DNA of 64,000 nucleotides. Source: an uncultured Gammaproteobacteria bacterium. Its GTDB lineage: Bacteria > Patescibacteriota > Patescibacteriia > Magasanikbacterales > JBBTXJ01. The stretch lies in NCBI GenBank assembly GCA_964610305.1, contig CAZSVL010000005.1, positions 14,815 to 78,814 of the forward strand, written 5' to 3'. The notes below the pieces were generated by a model. The model made no database searches. It was not told where the DNA came from and was given only the letters and a program-made list of their open reading frames with translations. Shown here piece by piece: positions 17,730 to 26,511 of this stretch; positions within the stretch are counted from its first letter, which is position 1; every line of letters starts with the position of its first letter. Made by a program: the position numbers and the translations under genes.

Positions 17730-19247
17730 ATGAAGAAAAATGAAGTAGTCCCGCCAACAGAGAGCGATTTTGATGGAAAAACAGAGAGACCCAAATCTTT
17801 TCTAGAAAAATTTAGACATGAGGGTGGTGGAAAGCTCAATAAGTTGGGCCGCATGGGTGCGCTTATTGTTTTAATGAATACGATGCCTACTCTAGAAGGG
17901 CAGTCTTTTGCCATGGATCAAGAGCCGGCAAAAAAATCTGGGACTATTGAGGACACCATGAGCGGCCCCGATATGGAAGAGCTTAAGGAGCTGCGGCCAA
18001 ATAATATTACCATAGATGATCATGAAATTACGCTGGATTATTCTGATGGATCAGGTGAGGGAACGGCAGAGACGGTGGTGGACGGAGACATGATTACCTC
18101 AGATGGCGTAGCAGAGTTTGAATACGGAGGAGCAGATTATGGTAATGCAGAGTTGCAGGAGAGTGAGAGAGACAATATAAAAGATCAGCTAAGAACCGTT
18201 ATAGATGGAGCACTCGCCGATTATAGTGAATGGGGAATAGATACTGATTCTGCGGTAGATAAAGTCTCTATTGGTGGGCCGGTTAGTTCTAGTCCAGAGG
18301 GAAATATTACACAGAAGGGGCAAGATGCAAATCAGAGATTATCAGAGCAGCGCGCGGAGATAATGAATGAGGTGGCGCAGGAGCTTTTGCAAGAATATGG
18401 TTTTAGTGAAGACATGGTGAGTGTTGATTTTTATGGAGAGGGCGTCTCTGGTGATATTACGGATTTAACCGATAGGCTAGAGAATGATTTGGGATTTGAT
18501 TTTGAGGGAAGTGATGATCAGGTGCGCTTAGAGACAAATGAATTTGTTGCAGATTATCATGATGGCAATTGGGATGCTATTTTTGATAGGCTTCCTGATG
18601 ATCTAGCGGAGAGTCCTGCACAAAAAGAAGCCCTCAAGCTAAAAATTGCAGAAATTTATGATCAGGAAATAGCGGCCGAGCGGTCTGCTGATGTGCAAGT
18701 ATCGCTTGAGAGCAAAGATGTAAAAGTTATAGCGCCAGAGAACCAAATGGCTACGACAGAAGATACGCCGCCAAAAAAAGTCGTGACGTTCTTAAAAGAG
18801 TATTATGATCCTGCCAAAAGAGGGTCTAACACACCTGGTGTGAATCCGCCATCTGGACCAACGGGATACCCACCGCCAGAACCTCGTGGGCCTAAGCCTC
18901 CTGTTGAGGGCGGTGTGCCTGTCCCGGTGCCTGTCCCAGAGCAGCCAAAGGATCCAAAGATGCCAGGAAGAGGAGAAACAGGTCCGCAAGGGATTCCATC
19001 TGATCCAGAGATTCCCATAGAGCCGCCGCAAGAAGTATCTGAACCCCAAACCGATCCAGAAGACCCGCCAGAGGATCCTCCAATAAAAACCACTGATCCA
19101 CCAGAGATAACAAAATATGAGAAATTCTTGAGAAGAAAAATGCTTAAGAAGAGCCCTAAGCATTACGTTGGACCTAAGCGAGCAAGAAAGGTAATGTCAA
19201 AACACATAGGAACAAAAGGCTCGGGGGGAAGAGGAGTATTTGGCTAA
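17730..19247 (+). CDS. hypothetical acidic protein with proline-rich C-terminal region
   Basis: Low-complexity PPSGPTGYPPPEPRGPKPPVEGGVPVPVPVPEQPKDP... tail. No catalytic motifs. Confidence 0.45.
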   Translation: MKKNEVVPPTESDFDGKTERPKSFLEKFRHEGGGKLNKLGRMGALIVLMNTMPTLEGQSFAMDQEPAKKSGTIEDTMSGPDMEELKELRPNNITIDDHEITLDYSDGSGEGTAETVVDGDMITSDGVAEFEYGGADYGNAELQESERDNIKDQLRTVIDGALADYSEWGIDTDSAVDKVSIGGPVSSSPEGNITQKGQDANQRLSEQRAEIMNEVAQELLQEYGFSEDMVSVDFYGEGVSGDITDLTDRLENDLGFDFEGSDDQVRLETNEFVADYHDGNWDAIFDRLPDDLAESPAQKEALKLKIAEIYDQEIAAERSADVQVSLESKDVKVIAPENQMATTEDTPPKKVVTFLKEYYDPAKRGSNTPGVNPPSGPTGYPPPEPRGPKPPVEGGVPVPVPVPEQPKDPKMPGRGETGPQGIPSDPEIPIEPPQEVSEPQTDPEDPPEDPPIKTTDPPEITKYEKFLRRKMLKKSPKHYVGPKRARKVMSKHIGTKGSGGRGVFG

Positions 19248-19261
19248 TTAAAAACGCCGCT

Positions 19262-19810
19262 TTATGCGGCGTTTTTAATTATGTCAGCAATTCTTGAAAT
19301 TGATTGTTTTAGTTTTCCATTTCTGTTATCTACCGTATGGTCATAGAGATTTTTGTGCTCTAGCCATTGTTTGGTATAGGACATTCTCTCCGCAATTTGA
19401 TCCTCAGTCATACCGCCTCTGCCTCGGATTCTTTGCTCTAGGTGCTCAAGAGGAGCTGTTATAAGAATAGAAGGTGTATCCGGAAGAAGCTCTTTTGCGC
19501 TCTTTACACCCTTGTAATCAATTTTCCAAATAAACACATCATTGCTTTCCTGCGCTTTTTTAATTGCTTTATAAGAAACACCATAGAGCTGGTCATTGTA
19601 TTGTCTGGCGTGCTCAAAAAATTTATCTTCTTTAAGATCTTCCAAGAATTTCTCTTTAGATACAAAGTGGTAAGGGTTTCCCTCTGATTCTCCCGGTCGC
19701 ATTTTTCTGGTAGTGGTAGTAATAATGCGTTTTATGGGCATGATTTTTTGTAGCCCAGAGATAATGCTGTCTTCTCCTGCTCCGGATGGTCCAGATAAAA
19801 TAATGATCAT
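19262..19810 (-). CDS. gmk: guanylate kinase
   Basis: P-loop ILSGPSGAGED and GMP-binding TTTTRKMRPGESEGNPYHFVSKEKF; layout matches guanylate kinase. 4-nt overlap with the upstream pseudouridine synthase gene. Confidence 0.75.
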   Translation of the reverse strand: MIIILSGPSGAGEDSIISGLQKIMPIKRIITTTTRKMRPGESEGNPYHFVSKEKFLEDLKEDKFFEHARQYNDQLYGVSYKAIKKAQESNDVFIWKIDYKGVKSAKELLPDTPSILITAPLEHLEQRIRGRGGMTEDQIAERMSYTKQWLEHKNLYDHTVDNRNGKLKQSISRIADIIKNAA

Positions 19811-20754
19811 ACTTTTGGCGTTAGCGTTTGCAGAAATTTTGCCAACTCATCCGGGAGCGGAATTTCAAAGTCAACTTTTTTTTCATCAAGATTAGTAAAC
19901 CCTAACTTGGTAGCATGCAAAAAGAGCCTTTTTGCAGAGTCATCAATTTTTTGATTCTGTCTTTTGTGTCTGTAGAGTGGATCTCCCACAACAGCATGAT
20001 CAATGGCAAAAAGATGCACGCGTATCTGATGGGTTCTTCCTGTTTTTGGTTTAACGCTTAGCAATGTTGCGTTTGCGTAGCGTTTTTTTATTTCATAGTC
20101 CGTGATAGCCTCCTTACCTTCTTGAGAATTTGGTCTGGCCGCCATTTTCCCGCCGTTTTTGCTTCTAGCAATAGGAAAATTTATGGTTCCTAGCTCATCT
20201 TCCAGGAGACCATGTACCAGAACAGAATATTCCTTATCTACGGTGCGAGATGCAAATTGGGATTTTAGATTATCGTAAGATTCCTGTGTTAAAGCTATTA
20301 CCATAAGGCCGCTTGCGTCTTTATCTAGTCGGTGCATTATACCGGGACGGAGCTCTGGATCATCGCCAACATCATGAGACTGTGGGTATTTTTGTTTAAT
20401 CCAACTTGCCAGTGTGTGTTTTTCCATTCGGTCTGTTGGGTGTGCCAAGAGACCGAAAGGCTTATTAATAATTACGTATTCATCAGTTTTTTCTATTACC
20501 TCTACTGGTAATGGTTTGCTTTTGTCCTCCGTAATGGCAATACTTGGTTTTGAGACAACGGTTTTAAATACAACAATGTCATTTTCTTTGAGAAAATGGT
20601 GTGGGGCTAAAATAGGATCATTGGCAACCGTGACGCCACCAATTTTAATAATTTTTTGAATTTTACTTCTGGAAATATCAGGAAGCATGCGTACCAAAAA
20701 ATGATCCAGGCGCGAGCCCGCATCGCTTAATTGAGCAATAAATGATGCTTTCAT
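19807..20754 (-). CDS. RluA-family pseudouridine synthase (RluD-like, N-terminal S4 domain)
   Basis: S4 domain at the N-terminus. Catalytic HRLDKDASGLMV motif. KPxG at INKPFGLLAHP. Confidence 0.8.
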   Translation of the reverse strand: MKASFIAQLSDAGSRLDHFLVRMLPDISRSKIQKIIKIGGVTVANDPILAPHHFLKENDIVVFKTVVSKPSIAITEDKSKPLPVEVIEKTDEYVIINKPFGLLAHPTDRMEKHTLASWIKQKYPQSHDVGDDPELRPGIMHRLDKDASGLMVIALTQESYDNLKSQFASRTVDKEYSVLVHGLLEDELGTINFPIARSKNGGKMAARPNSQEGKEAITDYEIKKRYANATLLSVKPKTGRTHQIRVHLFAIDHAVVGDPLYRHKRQNQKIDDSAKRLFLHATKLGFTNLDEKKVDFEIPLPDELAKFLQTLTPKV

Positions 20755-20775
20755 ATGAGCCGCAGTATAGCACGC

Positions 20776-20804
20776 TTGAAAAAAAGCGCAAAAGATGGTA
20801 TTAT
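20776..20804 (+). promoter_or_regulatory. candidate promoter TTGAAA-17-TATTAT for the third GIY-YIG gene
   Basis: Hexamers at 20776-20781 and 20799-20804 with exactly 17-nt spacing. Lies inside the 5' end of the opposite-strand pseudouridine synthase gene. Confidence 0.4.
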
Positions 20805-20813
20805 TTGTGCCGT

Positions 20814-21080
20814 ATGGCTTGCGTCTACATTTTAAGATCAGAAAGTGGAAGGTATTATGTGGGCAGTGCGATTGATGTTGATTCTCGTTTGAGACACCAT
20901 AAGGGCGGATTTACTCATTCAACTGCTCGCATGGGTAAGTTGGAGGTTGTGTTAGTGCAGCAGTATGAGACTCTGAAAGAAGCACGTTTCGTTGAAAGAA
21001 GGATAAAGAGAATGAAAAGGAAAGATTACATTGATAAGATGGTGGCCGACGGAAAAATCAAAATTAAGATGCGTGAGTAG
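20814..21080 (+). CDS. GIY-YIG nuclease family protein (about 88 aa), whose stop codon overlaps the tRNA 5' end
   Basis: VYILRSESGRYYVGSAIDVDSRLRHHKGG is a GIY-YIG motif. Track start at 20742 overlaps the pseudouridine synthase gene; ATG 20814 preferred. Final codons ATG CGT GAG TAG are the first 10 nt of the tRNA. Confidence 0.65.
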   Translation: MACVYILRSESGRYYVGSAIDVDSRLRHHKGGFTHSTARMGKLEVVLVQQYETLKEARFVERRIKRMKRKDYIDKMVADGKIKIKMRE

Positions 21081-21143
21081 CTCAACCGGCAGAGCGCGAA
21101 GCTTATACCTTCGTGGTTCCAGGTTCAAGTCCTGGCTCACGCA
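21071..21143 (+). tRNA. tRNA, anticodon UAU (Ile, AUA-decoding), 73 nt, no encoded CCA
   Basis: Manual cloverleaf: 7-bp acceptor stem GCGTGAG/CTCACGC, D-stem GCTC/GAGC, anticodon stem CGAAG/CTTCG with loop C-U-UAU-A-C, T-arm CCAGG-TTCAAGT-CCTGG, and 5-nt variable loop. All stems are Watson-Crick. Confidence 0.7.
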
Positions 21144-21195
21144 CGAGTAGCCCCGACGCCCGAAGGGGTCGGGGGGCCGACTGAAACGTCGGCCC

Positions 21196-21258
21196 TCAAC
21201 CGGCAGAGCGCGAAGCTTATACCTTCGTGGTTCCAGGTTCAAGTCCTGGCTCACGCAC
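21196..21258 (+). repeat. 63-bp perfect direct repeat of the tRNA 3' portion (D-loop to discriminator); partial pseudo-tRNA
   Basis: Identical to 21081-21143. It lacks the 5' acceptor strand and a D-stem partner. The 52-bp spacer holds two small GC hairpins. Confidence 0.8.
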
Positions 21259-21265
21259 AAAAGAG

Positions 21266-21292
21266 GCCCTTGACTAAGCAAGGGTTTTTTGT
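21266..21292 (+). terminator. intrinsic terminator CCCTTG-ACTAAG-CAAGGG plus TTTTTT
   Basis: Read directly after the partial tRNA copy. Confidence 0.6.
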
Positions 21293-21322
21293 TATGCTTT
21301 TTGCCAATGCCAAGGGGGCTAT

Positions 21323-21685
21323 GTGACAGAAGTGGACACCAGCAAAGTACACAAAGTTTTTGTTGAGTTAAACAATGACAGGAAGATGGGGTTTGTGTAT
21401 TTTTCGTGCAAGAAAGGGGTGAGGAGAGGCACACTTTTTGTGCATAAGCCCGCGCGCGTTAGAACAGCGCGGAGCATCGTGGTAGATGTGGATGGTGGAC
21501 AGGCCGGACACAAAGAAGACGTTACGCTTACACTAGATCCCGATGATTGGGTTTACGTTACCCTTGATAACGCCGGGTATTGCAAGGTGAGGGTGCGGCT
21601 CGCTCAAGTTCAGTGTGCCAATCTTGCAGGTCACGGCCGCTTTTATTTTGAAGTTCAGGGGGCGGATCAAGCCAGAGGAAGGTAA
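21323..21685 (+). CDS. hypothetical protein
   Basis: GTG start with an AAGGGGG SD. No recognisable motif. Could be non-coding. Confidence 0.3.
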   Translation: MTEVDTSKVHKVFVELNNDRKMGFVYFSCKKGVRRGTLFVHKPARVRTARSIVVDVDGGQAGHKEDVTLTLDPDDWVYVTLDNAGYCKVRVRLAQVQCANLAGHGRFYFEVQGADQARGR

Positions 21686-21689
21686 AGTG

Positions 21690-21718
21690 GGACGCTGTGG
21701 AAACGCAGCGTTTTTTTA
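21690..21718 (+). terminator. intrinsic terminator ACGCTG-TGGAAA-CGCAGCGT plus T7
   Basis: Read directly. Confidence 0.6.
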
Positions 21719-21721
21719 TTG

Positions 21722-21749
21722 TTGACACCTATTGACACCTTTTGATACC
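21722..21749 (+). promoter_or_regulatory. three direct repeats TTGA(C/T)ACC phased at 10 bp (candidate operator/promoter) immediately upstream of the HTH gene
   Basis: TTGACACC at 21722, TTGACACC at 21732 and TTGATACC at 21742. The gene start is 14 nt downstream. Confidence 0.4.
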
Positions 21750-21762
21750 ATAAAGCTTAACT

Positions 21763-22008
21763 ATGCCAGAGATTAAGCCACTTGAGGTGTACACCACCAA
21801 AGAAGCGCAGGAGCTTCTTAAGGTAAGCACCAGCACGATGAAACGTCTTTTAAAAAAGGGGCTCATACGTGCAAACAAAGTAGGGGGTCGCTACCGAATT
21901 TTAGGTAAAGAGCTTTTGCGTGTTGTCTCTCCGCAAGCGGAGCAGAAGGCTACAAAAGCGTACCTTGGCCTAAAGAAAAAGGTAGTTGAAGAGATAAAGG
22001 ATTGGTAG
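21763..22008 (+). CDS. helix-turn-helix DNA-binding protein (excisionase/MerR-like HTH_17 type), 81 aa
   Basis: YTTKEAQELLKVSTSTMKRLLKKGLIRANKVGGRYRI is an excisionase-family HTH signature. Confidence 0.55.
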   Translation: MPEIKPLEVYTTKEAQELLKVSTSTMKRLLKKGLIRANKVGGRYRILGKELLRVVSPQAEQKATKAYLGLKKKVVEEIKDW

Positions 22009-22020
22009 GGAGGCCCACTT

Positions 22021-22833
22021 ATGCAAACTATTATAAAGCCAGAACGCTGGCTTAAAATTGATTTTAAAGAATTGTGGCATTTTAGGGAGCTTTTTTATAT
22101 TTTTGCGTGGCGCGATGTGATGGTGCGGTACAAACAGACGGCCATAGGTATTGTGTGGGCCATTTTGCAACCATTTATTATGATGGTTGTTTTTAGTGTC
22201 TTTTTTGGAAAAGTCGCAGGCATTGATAGTGGCGATATTCCGTATCCCATTTTTTCATATATGGGTCTTTTGTACTGGAATTATTTTTCTAATGCGCTCA
22301 ATGGTGCATCTGCTAGTTTGGTGAGTAATCAGGCAATGGTGCAAAAAATTTATTTTCCTCGTTTGATTGTGCCGCTTTCTGGTATTTTTGTATTTTTGGT
22401 TGATTTTGTTTTTGCTGCCGTAGTTTTGGGTGGGCTTATGATTTATTACCACATACCTCCTACCTTTTTGGGTATTGCCATGGTTATCCCTTCATTGCTG
22501 ATCAGTACTATTGCCGCGGCCGGTCTCGGCCTCTTCTTTGCGGCGGTTAACGTAAAATTCAGAGACGTAAGATACGCGCTGCCATTTTTTATCCAACTGC
22601 TTATTTTTGTAACACCGGTTATCTATCCAACCGGTGTGCTTGGAAAATATGAGTGGCTCTGGTTTTTAAATCCTATGAGTGGCGTTATCTCTACCATGAG
22701 AACAGCTATGCTGGGAACGGGCGATATTAATTGGGTGTTGTATGGTGGAGCTGCTGCAGTATCTGTGTTTTTGCTTGTCTTGGGCGTGGTGTATTTTAAA
22801 AAAACAGAGCGTTATTTTGCCGATATTGTATGA
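22021..22833 (+). CDS. ABC-2 type polysaccharide/teichoic-acid exporter permease (Wzm/TagG-like)
   Basis: Six TM segments. N-terminal YKQTAIGIVWAILQPFIMMVVF typical of Wzm/KpsM. GGGAGG SD. Confidence 0.75.
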   Translation: MQTIIKPERWLKIDFKELWHFRELFYIFAWRDVMVRYKQTAIGIVWAILQPFIMMVVFSVFFGKVAGIDSGDIPYPIFSYMGLLYWNYFSNALNGASASLVSNQAMVQKIYFPRLIVPLSGIFVFLVDFVFAAVVLGGLMIYYHIPPTFLGIAMVIPSLLISTIAAAGLGLFFAAVNVKFRDVRYALPFFIQLLIFVTPVIYPTGVLGKYEWLWFLNPMSGVISTMRTAMLGTGDINWVLYGGAAAVSVFLLVLGVVYFKKTERYFADIV

Positions 22834-24095
22834 GGCCGGTAATTCAAGTAAAAAATTTGGGAAAAGAGTACCGCAAGGGGCGGCCAAGTGGTTATGTGGC
22901 TCTTAGAGATGTTTTTGCTGGAATCTTGATGAAGCCGTTTAAGTGGTTAAAGATAAAGGTAAGTGCTCCTGATGTTTTTTGGGCGCTCAAAGACATTAAT
23001 TTTGAAGTACATAAAGGTGAAGTGCTGGGCATAATTGGTTCAAACGGTGCAGGAAAATCTACGCTTTTGAAAGTGCTCTCTAGAATCACCTACCCCACAA
23101 CAGGAGAGGTTCGTATAAAAGGTATGGTGAGCAGTTTGCTTGAGGTGGGAACAGGATTTCATCCAGAATTATCAGGAAGAGAAAATGTTTATTTGAACGG
23201 TTCAGTTTTGGGTATGACGCGAAAAGAGATTAGGAAAAAATTTGATGATATTGTATCTTTTGCAGGAGTTGAAGAATTCATTGACATGCCCATAAAGCGC
23301 TACTCAAGTGGCATGCAGGTACGCCTTGCTTTTGCGGTGGCCGCTCATCTTGATCCTGATATTTTAATTGTTGATGAGGTTCTTGCGGTTGGCGATGCGG
23401 CGTTTCAGAAAAAATCCCTCGCTAAAATGGAGCGCGTAACACGCACGCACGGGCGGACGATTTTATTTGTTAGCCACAACATGAACGCCATTACCCGATT
23501 ATGCAAGCGCGTAATTTGGCTTGATGAAGGAAAAATAAGAATGGAGGGTTCTGCCAATAAAGTGGTAGACGCTTATTTAGAAGAATATGGAGGAGAAAGC
23601 GCACAGTTTGAATTCCCTCAGGTGGAGTCAGATGAAAAGAAAATTGTTTTAGAGCGCATTGGGATTTATGATCATAATGGCAAGCCGCAACGTAAGCTTG
23701 ATGTAAGCAAGCCTTTTGAGGTAAGAGTGGACTACACCGTAAAGAAAGATGTGCAGGGAGGATATGTGGGGGTGAACTTTTTTGACTTGACCACTAACAC
23801 GCAGCTGATGGAATCGTTGGATGTTGACACTAATCCTTCTTTGTATATGCAGCGCCGCGCAGGTTCTTATACAAGCACTTTCAGTTTCCCCGCTGGTCTT
23901 TTTAACGCTATTACGCTAAAATTATTTGTCCACGCCGGAGTTTTTCCAAACACCAAAAATAGCGTGCACAAAAGTATGGGGGATTTGACCATCTCCTTTT
24001 TTGATCACAACAGCTTTGCCACAAAAGTCATGAGTGGAAGGCGAAAAACCAGCTTGCTCATGAAGGTGCCTACACGTGTTATTTCTCGCCACTAG
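22830..24095 (+). CDS. ABC exporter ATP-binding protein (Wzt/TagH-like) with about 170-aa C-terminal extension domain
   Basis: Walker A GSNGAGKST, signature YSSGMQVRLAFA, Walker B ILIVDEVLAVGD, and an extra C-terminal domain as in Wzt. Overlaps Wzm by 4 nt. Confidence 0.8.
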   Translation: MRPVIQVKNLGKEYRKGRPSGYVALRDVFAGILMKPFKWLKIKVSAPDVFWALKDINFEVHKGEVLGIIGSNGAGKSTLLKVLSRITYPTTGEVRIKGMVSSLLEVGTGFHPELSGRENVYLNGSVLGMTRKEIRKKFDDIVSFAGVEEFIDMPIKRYSSGMQVRLAFAVAAHLDPDILIVDEVLAVGDAAFQKKSLAKMERVTRTHGRTILFVSHNMNAITRLCKRVIWLDEGKIRMEGSANKVVDAYLEEYGGESAQFEFPQVESDEKKIVLERIGIYDHNGKPQRKLDVSKPFEVRVDYTVKKDVQGGYVGVNFFDLTTNTQLMESLDVDTNPSLYMQRRAGSYTSTFSFPAGLFNAITLKLFVHAGVFPNTKNSVHKSMGDLTISFFDHNSFATKVMSGRRKTSLLMKVPTRVISRH

Positions 24096-25455
24096 TATGA
24101 ACAATCCACTGATTTCCATTATCATCAGGACAAAAAATGAAGAACGTTGGATTACGTTTTGTTTGGATATGATTGGCAGACAAACGTATAAAAATGTTGA
24201 GGTTATTTTGGTTGATAATCAGAGCACCGATAATACCGTGGCACTTGCTCAAAAGTATCCTTTAAATTTGGTAACCATAGATAAGTATATTCCTGGCAAG
24301 GCGCTTAATGATGGGATAAGGGCGTCTAAAGGCGAATTTATTGTTTGTGTTTCTGCTCATTGCATTCCAAGAGATGAGCATTGGCTTGCTACACTTCTGA
24401 AAAATTTTGAAGATCCGCAAGTGGCTGGCGTTTACGGAAGGCAGGAGCCGCTTGGTTTTAGCACGCCAGCAGACCAGCGGGATTTGGTAATTACCTTTGG
24501 TTTGGATAAGCGCATTCAAAAGAAAGATAGCTTTTTTCATAATGCTAATTCAATGGTGCGCCGCAGTATTTGGGAGCAGTTTCCTTTTGATGAGCAGGCA
24601 ACTAATATTGAGGACCGCATTTGGGGCAAGGCAGTGACGCAGGCCGGCTATAGCTTGGTGTATGAGCCAGAGGCATCAGTATTTCATCATCATGGCATCC
24701 ATCAAGCTAATAAAAAACCAGAACGCGTAGCTGGCGTGGCTCGCATTATTGCAGAAGTAGAAGACCATCTTGAGTTGGATAGATTGCCGGTGTCTCTTGA
24801 TCCCAGCAAGCTTGAGATAATTGCGTTTGTTCCGGTTCGTGGCCTGCCAGTTCAGGTTGGTAATCATAATTTGCTAGAGCGTTGCATAAAGAATCTGAAG
24901 AGTAGCTCATGGATTAAGAAAGTCTATGTGCTGGGCGATGAGCCAAGTTTAGAATCGCTTTGCCAGGCAGTGGGAGCTCATTTAATTGTGCGCCCGCCAG
25001 AGCTCTCAGAAAAAGAAACTTCTATTGATCAGGTTTTGGCTTTTGGGTATCGGCAGGTTTTGAGCATGGGAGTGGTGCCAGATATTGTGGTCTACGCTAA
25101 TTACCTCTTTCCGTTTAGGCCGCCAGCGCTTTTTGACACGCTTATTCACGATGTTCTCTATAAAGGACTAGATTCTGTGATTGCCGCTCGTCCCGAGTAT
25201 GGACCATATTGGGCCAAACAAGAAGGATCTTTTGAGAGAGTGGATTCTGGCTTTGCTTCAAGAGAAGTAAAGCAGCCCATGATGCAGGGGCTTATTGGTT
25301 TGGGGTGCGCATCGGTCCCCAAGTTTATTAAGGAAGGATCAATACTAGGAGAGCGTGTGGGAATGGTTGCATTTGATGATCCGCTGCACAGCATAAAAAT
25401 AAACAGCAGCACGGACCACTATCATAAAAAAATAGCAGAAGTATTTTTAACATAA
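24076..25455 (+). CDS. family 2 glycosyltransferase with C-terminal cytidylyltransferase-like domain
   Basis: N-terminal GT2 (ISIIIRTKNEERW...VEVILVDNQSTDNT). The C-terminal half (IAFVPVRG...VYVLGDE...LIVRPPELS) looks like a nucleotidyltransferase fold; that part is tentative. Confidence 0.55.
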   Translation: MLFLATSMNNPLISIIIRTKNEERWITFCLDMIGRQTYKNVEVILVDNQSTDNTVALAQKYPLNLVTIDKYIPGKALNDGIRASKGEFIVCVSAHCIPRDEHWLATLLKNFEDPQVAGVYGRQEPLGFSTPADQRDLVITFGLDKRIQKKDSFFHNANSMVRRSIWEQFPFDEQATNIEDRIWGKAVTQAGYSLVYEPEASVFHHHGIHQANKKPERVAGVARIIAEVEDHLELDRLPVSLDPSKLEIIAFVPVRGLPVQVGNHNLLERCIKNLKSSSWIKKVYVLGDEPSLESLCQAVGAHLIVRPPELSEKETSIDQVLAFGYRQVLSMGVVPDIVVYANYLFPFRPPALFDTLIHDVLYKGLDSVIAARPEYGPYWAKQEGSFERVDSGFASREVKQPMMQGLIGLGCASVPKFIKEGSILGERVGMVAFDDPLHSIKINSSTDHYHKKIAEVFLT

Positions 25456-25458
25456 AAT

Positions 25459-26511
25459 ATGAAAAATTTTTCCATTTTTGGCAGAGAGGTAGGAGAAGGA
25501 CGGCCCACTTTAATCATTGCAGAGGCGGGACTTAATCATAATGGGCAAATGTCTATTGCCAAGGAGCTCATTGATGTTGCCGCAGATGCGCTCTGCGATG
25601 TAGTGAAGTTTCAAAAAAGAGATGTTCCCAATTTGGTTACCAAGGAATTCATGGATAGCGCCGACACGCGCTTCCCTTCTTTTGGGAGAACATACAGGCA
25701 GATACGCGAGTACGTAGAATTTTCAGAAAGAGAACTTCTAGAGTTAAAAGAATATGCGCAGAGCAAAGACATTGCGTTTTTAGCAACGCCATTTGATATA
25801 CCATCCGCACAAATGCTTGAGCGTATTGGAGTGGAGGCTTACAAAAGCGCCAGTCATAATCTAACACACCTGCCGCTGCTAGAGCATTTGGCAAAACAAG
25901 GCAAGCCAATAATAGCGTCTACCGGCATGTCTACGCCGGAGGAGGTGGACGGGGCAGTGGCGGTTTTGCAAAAATACCAATGCCCATTTGCGCTGCTGCA
26001 TTGTGTGTCTTCTTACCCAACAAGAGCGCAGCTTATTAATTTGCGAGGAATGGATTATCTGCGCGAAAGATACGGAGTGCCCGTGGGATACTCAGGTCAT
26101 GAGGATTTGGCTATGGGATACTTGCCAACACTGGCTGCCGTTGCACGCGGTGCTGCTATTGTTGAGCGTCACATAACATTAGACACTCAAATGGAAGGAT
26201 TTGATCATAAGCTTTCAGTGGACCCATCTTCTCTAAAAAATATGGTGCGCGACATTAGGCTAGTGGATACTATGTTGGGATCAGGAGGAAAGCAACTACT
26301 CCCAGAAGAAATGGTAAAACGTGATCAGCAGCGTGTCTCCATTGTGGCCGCTCACAGTCTGCCGGCAAATACCGTGATTACCCAGGACATGCTTGCATTT
26401 AAAGGCCCGGGAACAGGAATAGCAGCTTATAAAGTAAATGAGGTTGTAGGAAGATCAACAAAAGAATTTATAACAGAAGATACCCTTATTACGTTTGACA
26501 TGCTTGTATGA
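25459..26511 (+). CDS. NeuB-family nonulosonic acid synthase (sialic/legionaminic/pseudaminic acid synthase)
   Basis: RPTLIIAEAGLNHNGQMSIAKELIDVAADALCDVVKFQKR is the NeuB TIM-barrel signature. C-terminal SAF domain present. Confidence 0.8.
   Translation: MKNFSIFGREVGEGRPTLIIAEAGLNHNGQMSIAKELIDVAADALCDVVKFQKRDVPNLVTKEFMDSADTRFPSFGRTYRQIREYVEFSERELLELKEYAQSKDIAFLATPFDIPSAQMLERIGVEAYKSASHNLTHLPLLEHLAKQGKPIIASTGMSTPEEVDGAVAVLQKYQCPFALLHCVSSYPTRAQLINLRGMDYLRERYGVPVGYSGHEDLAMGYLPTLAAVARGAAIVERHITLDTQMEGFDHKLSVDPSSLKNMVRDIRLVDTMLGSGGKQLLPEEMVKRDQQRVSIVAAHSLPANTVITQDMLAFKGPGTGIAAYKVNEVVGRSTKEFITEDTLITFDMLV

Noticed and set aside
18792-19163. Minus-strand ORFs (123, 96, 73 aa) opposite the proline-rich gene
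   Set aside because: These are antisense reading frames of a Pro/Gly-rich low-complexity coding region. Their Trp/Arg-rich or Gly/Ser-rich compositions are typical artefacts.
21144-21195. Two small GC hairpins (CCCCGAC…GTCGGGG and GGCCGAC…GTCGGCC) between the tRNA and its partial copy as terminators or a distinct element
   Set aside because: They have no T-run and are too short to interpret. They are probably just part of the duplication junction.
20952-21434. 160-aa minus-strand ORF spanning the tRNA region
   Set aside because: It is a translation of the tRNA and its 63-bp duplicate (the peptide repeats YSCVSQDLNLEPRRYKLRALPVE twice), so it is an artefact of the repeats.
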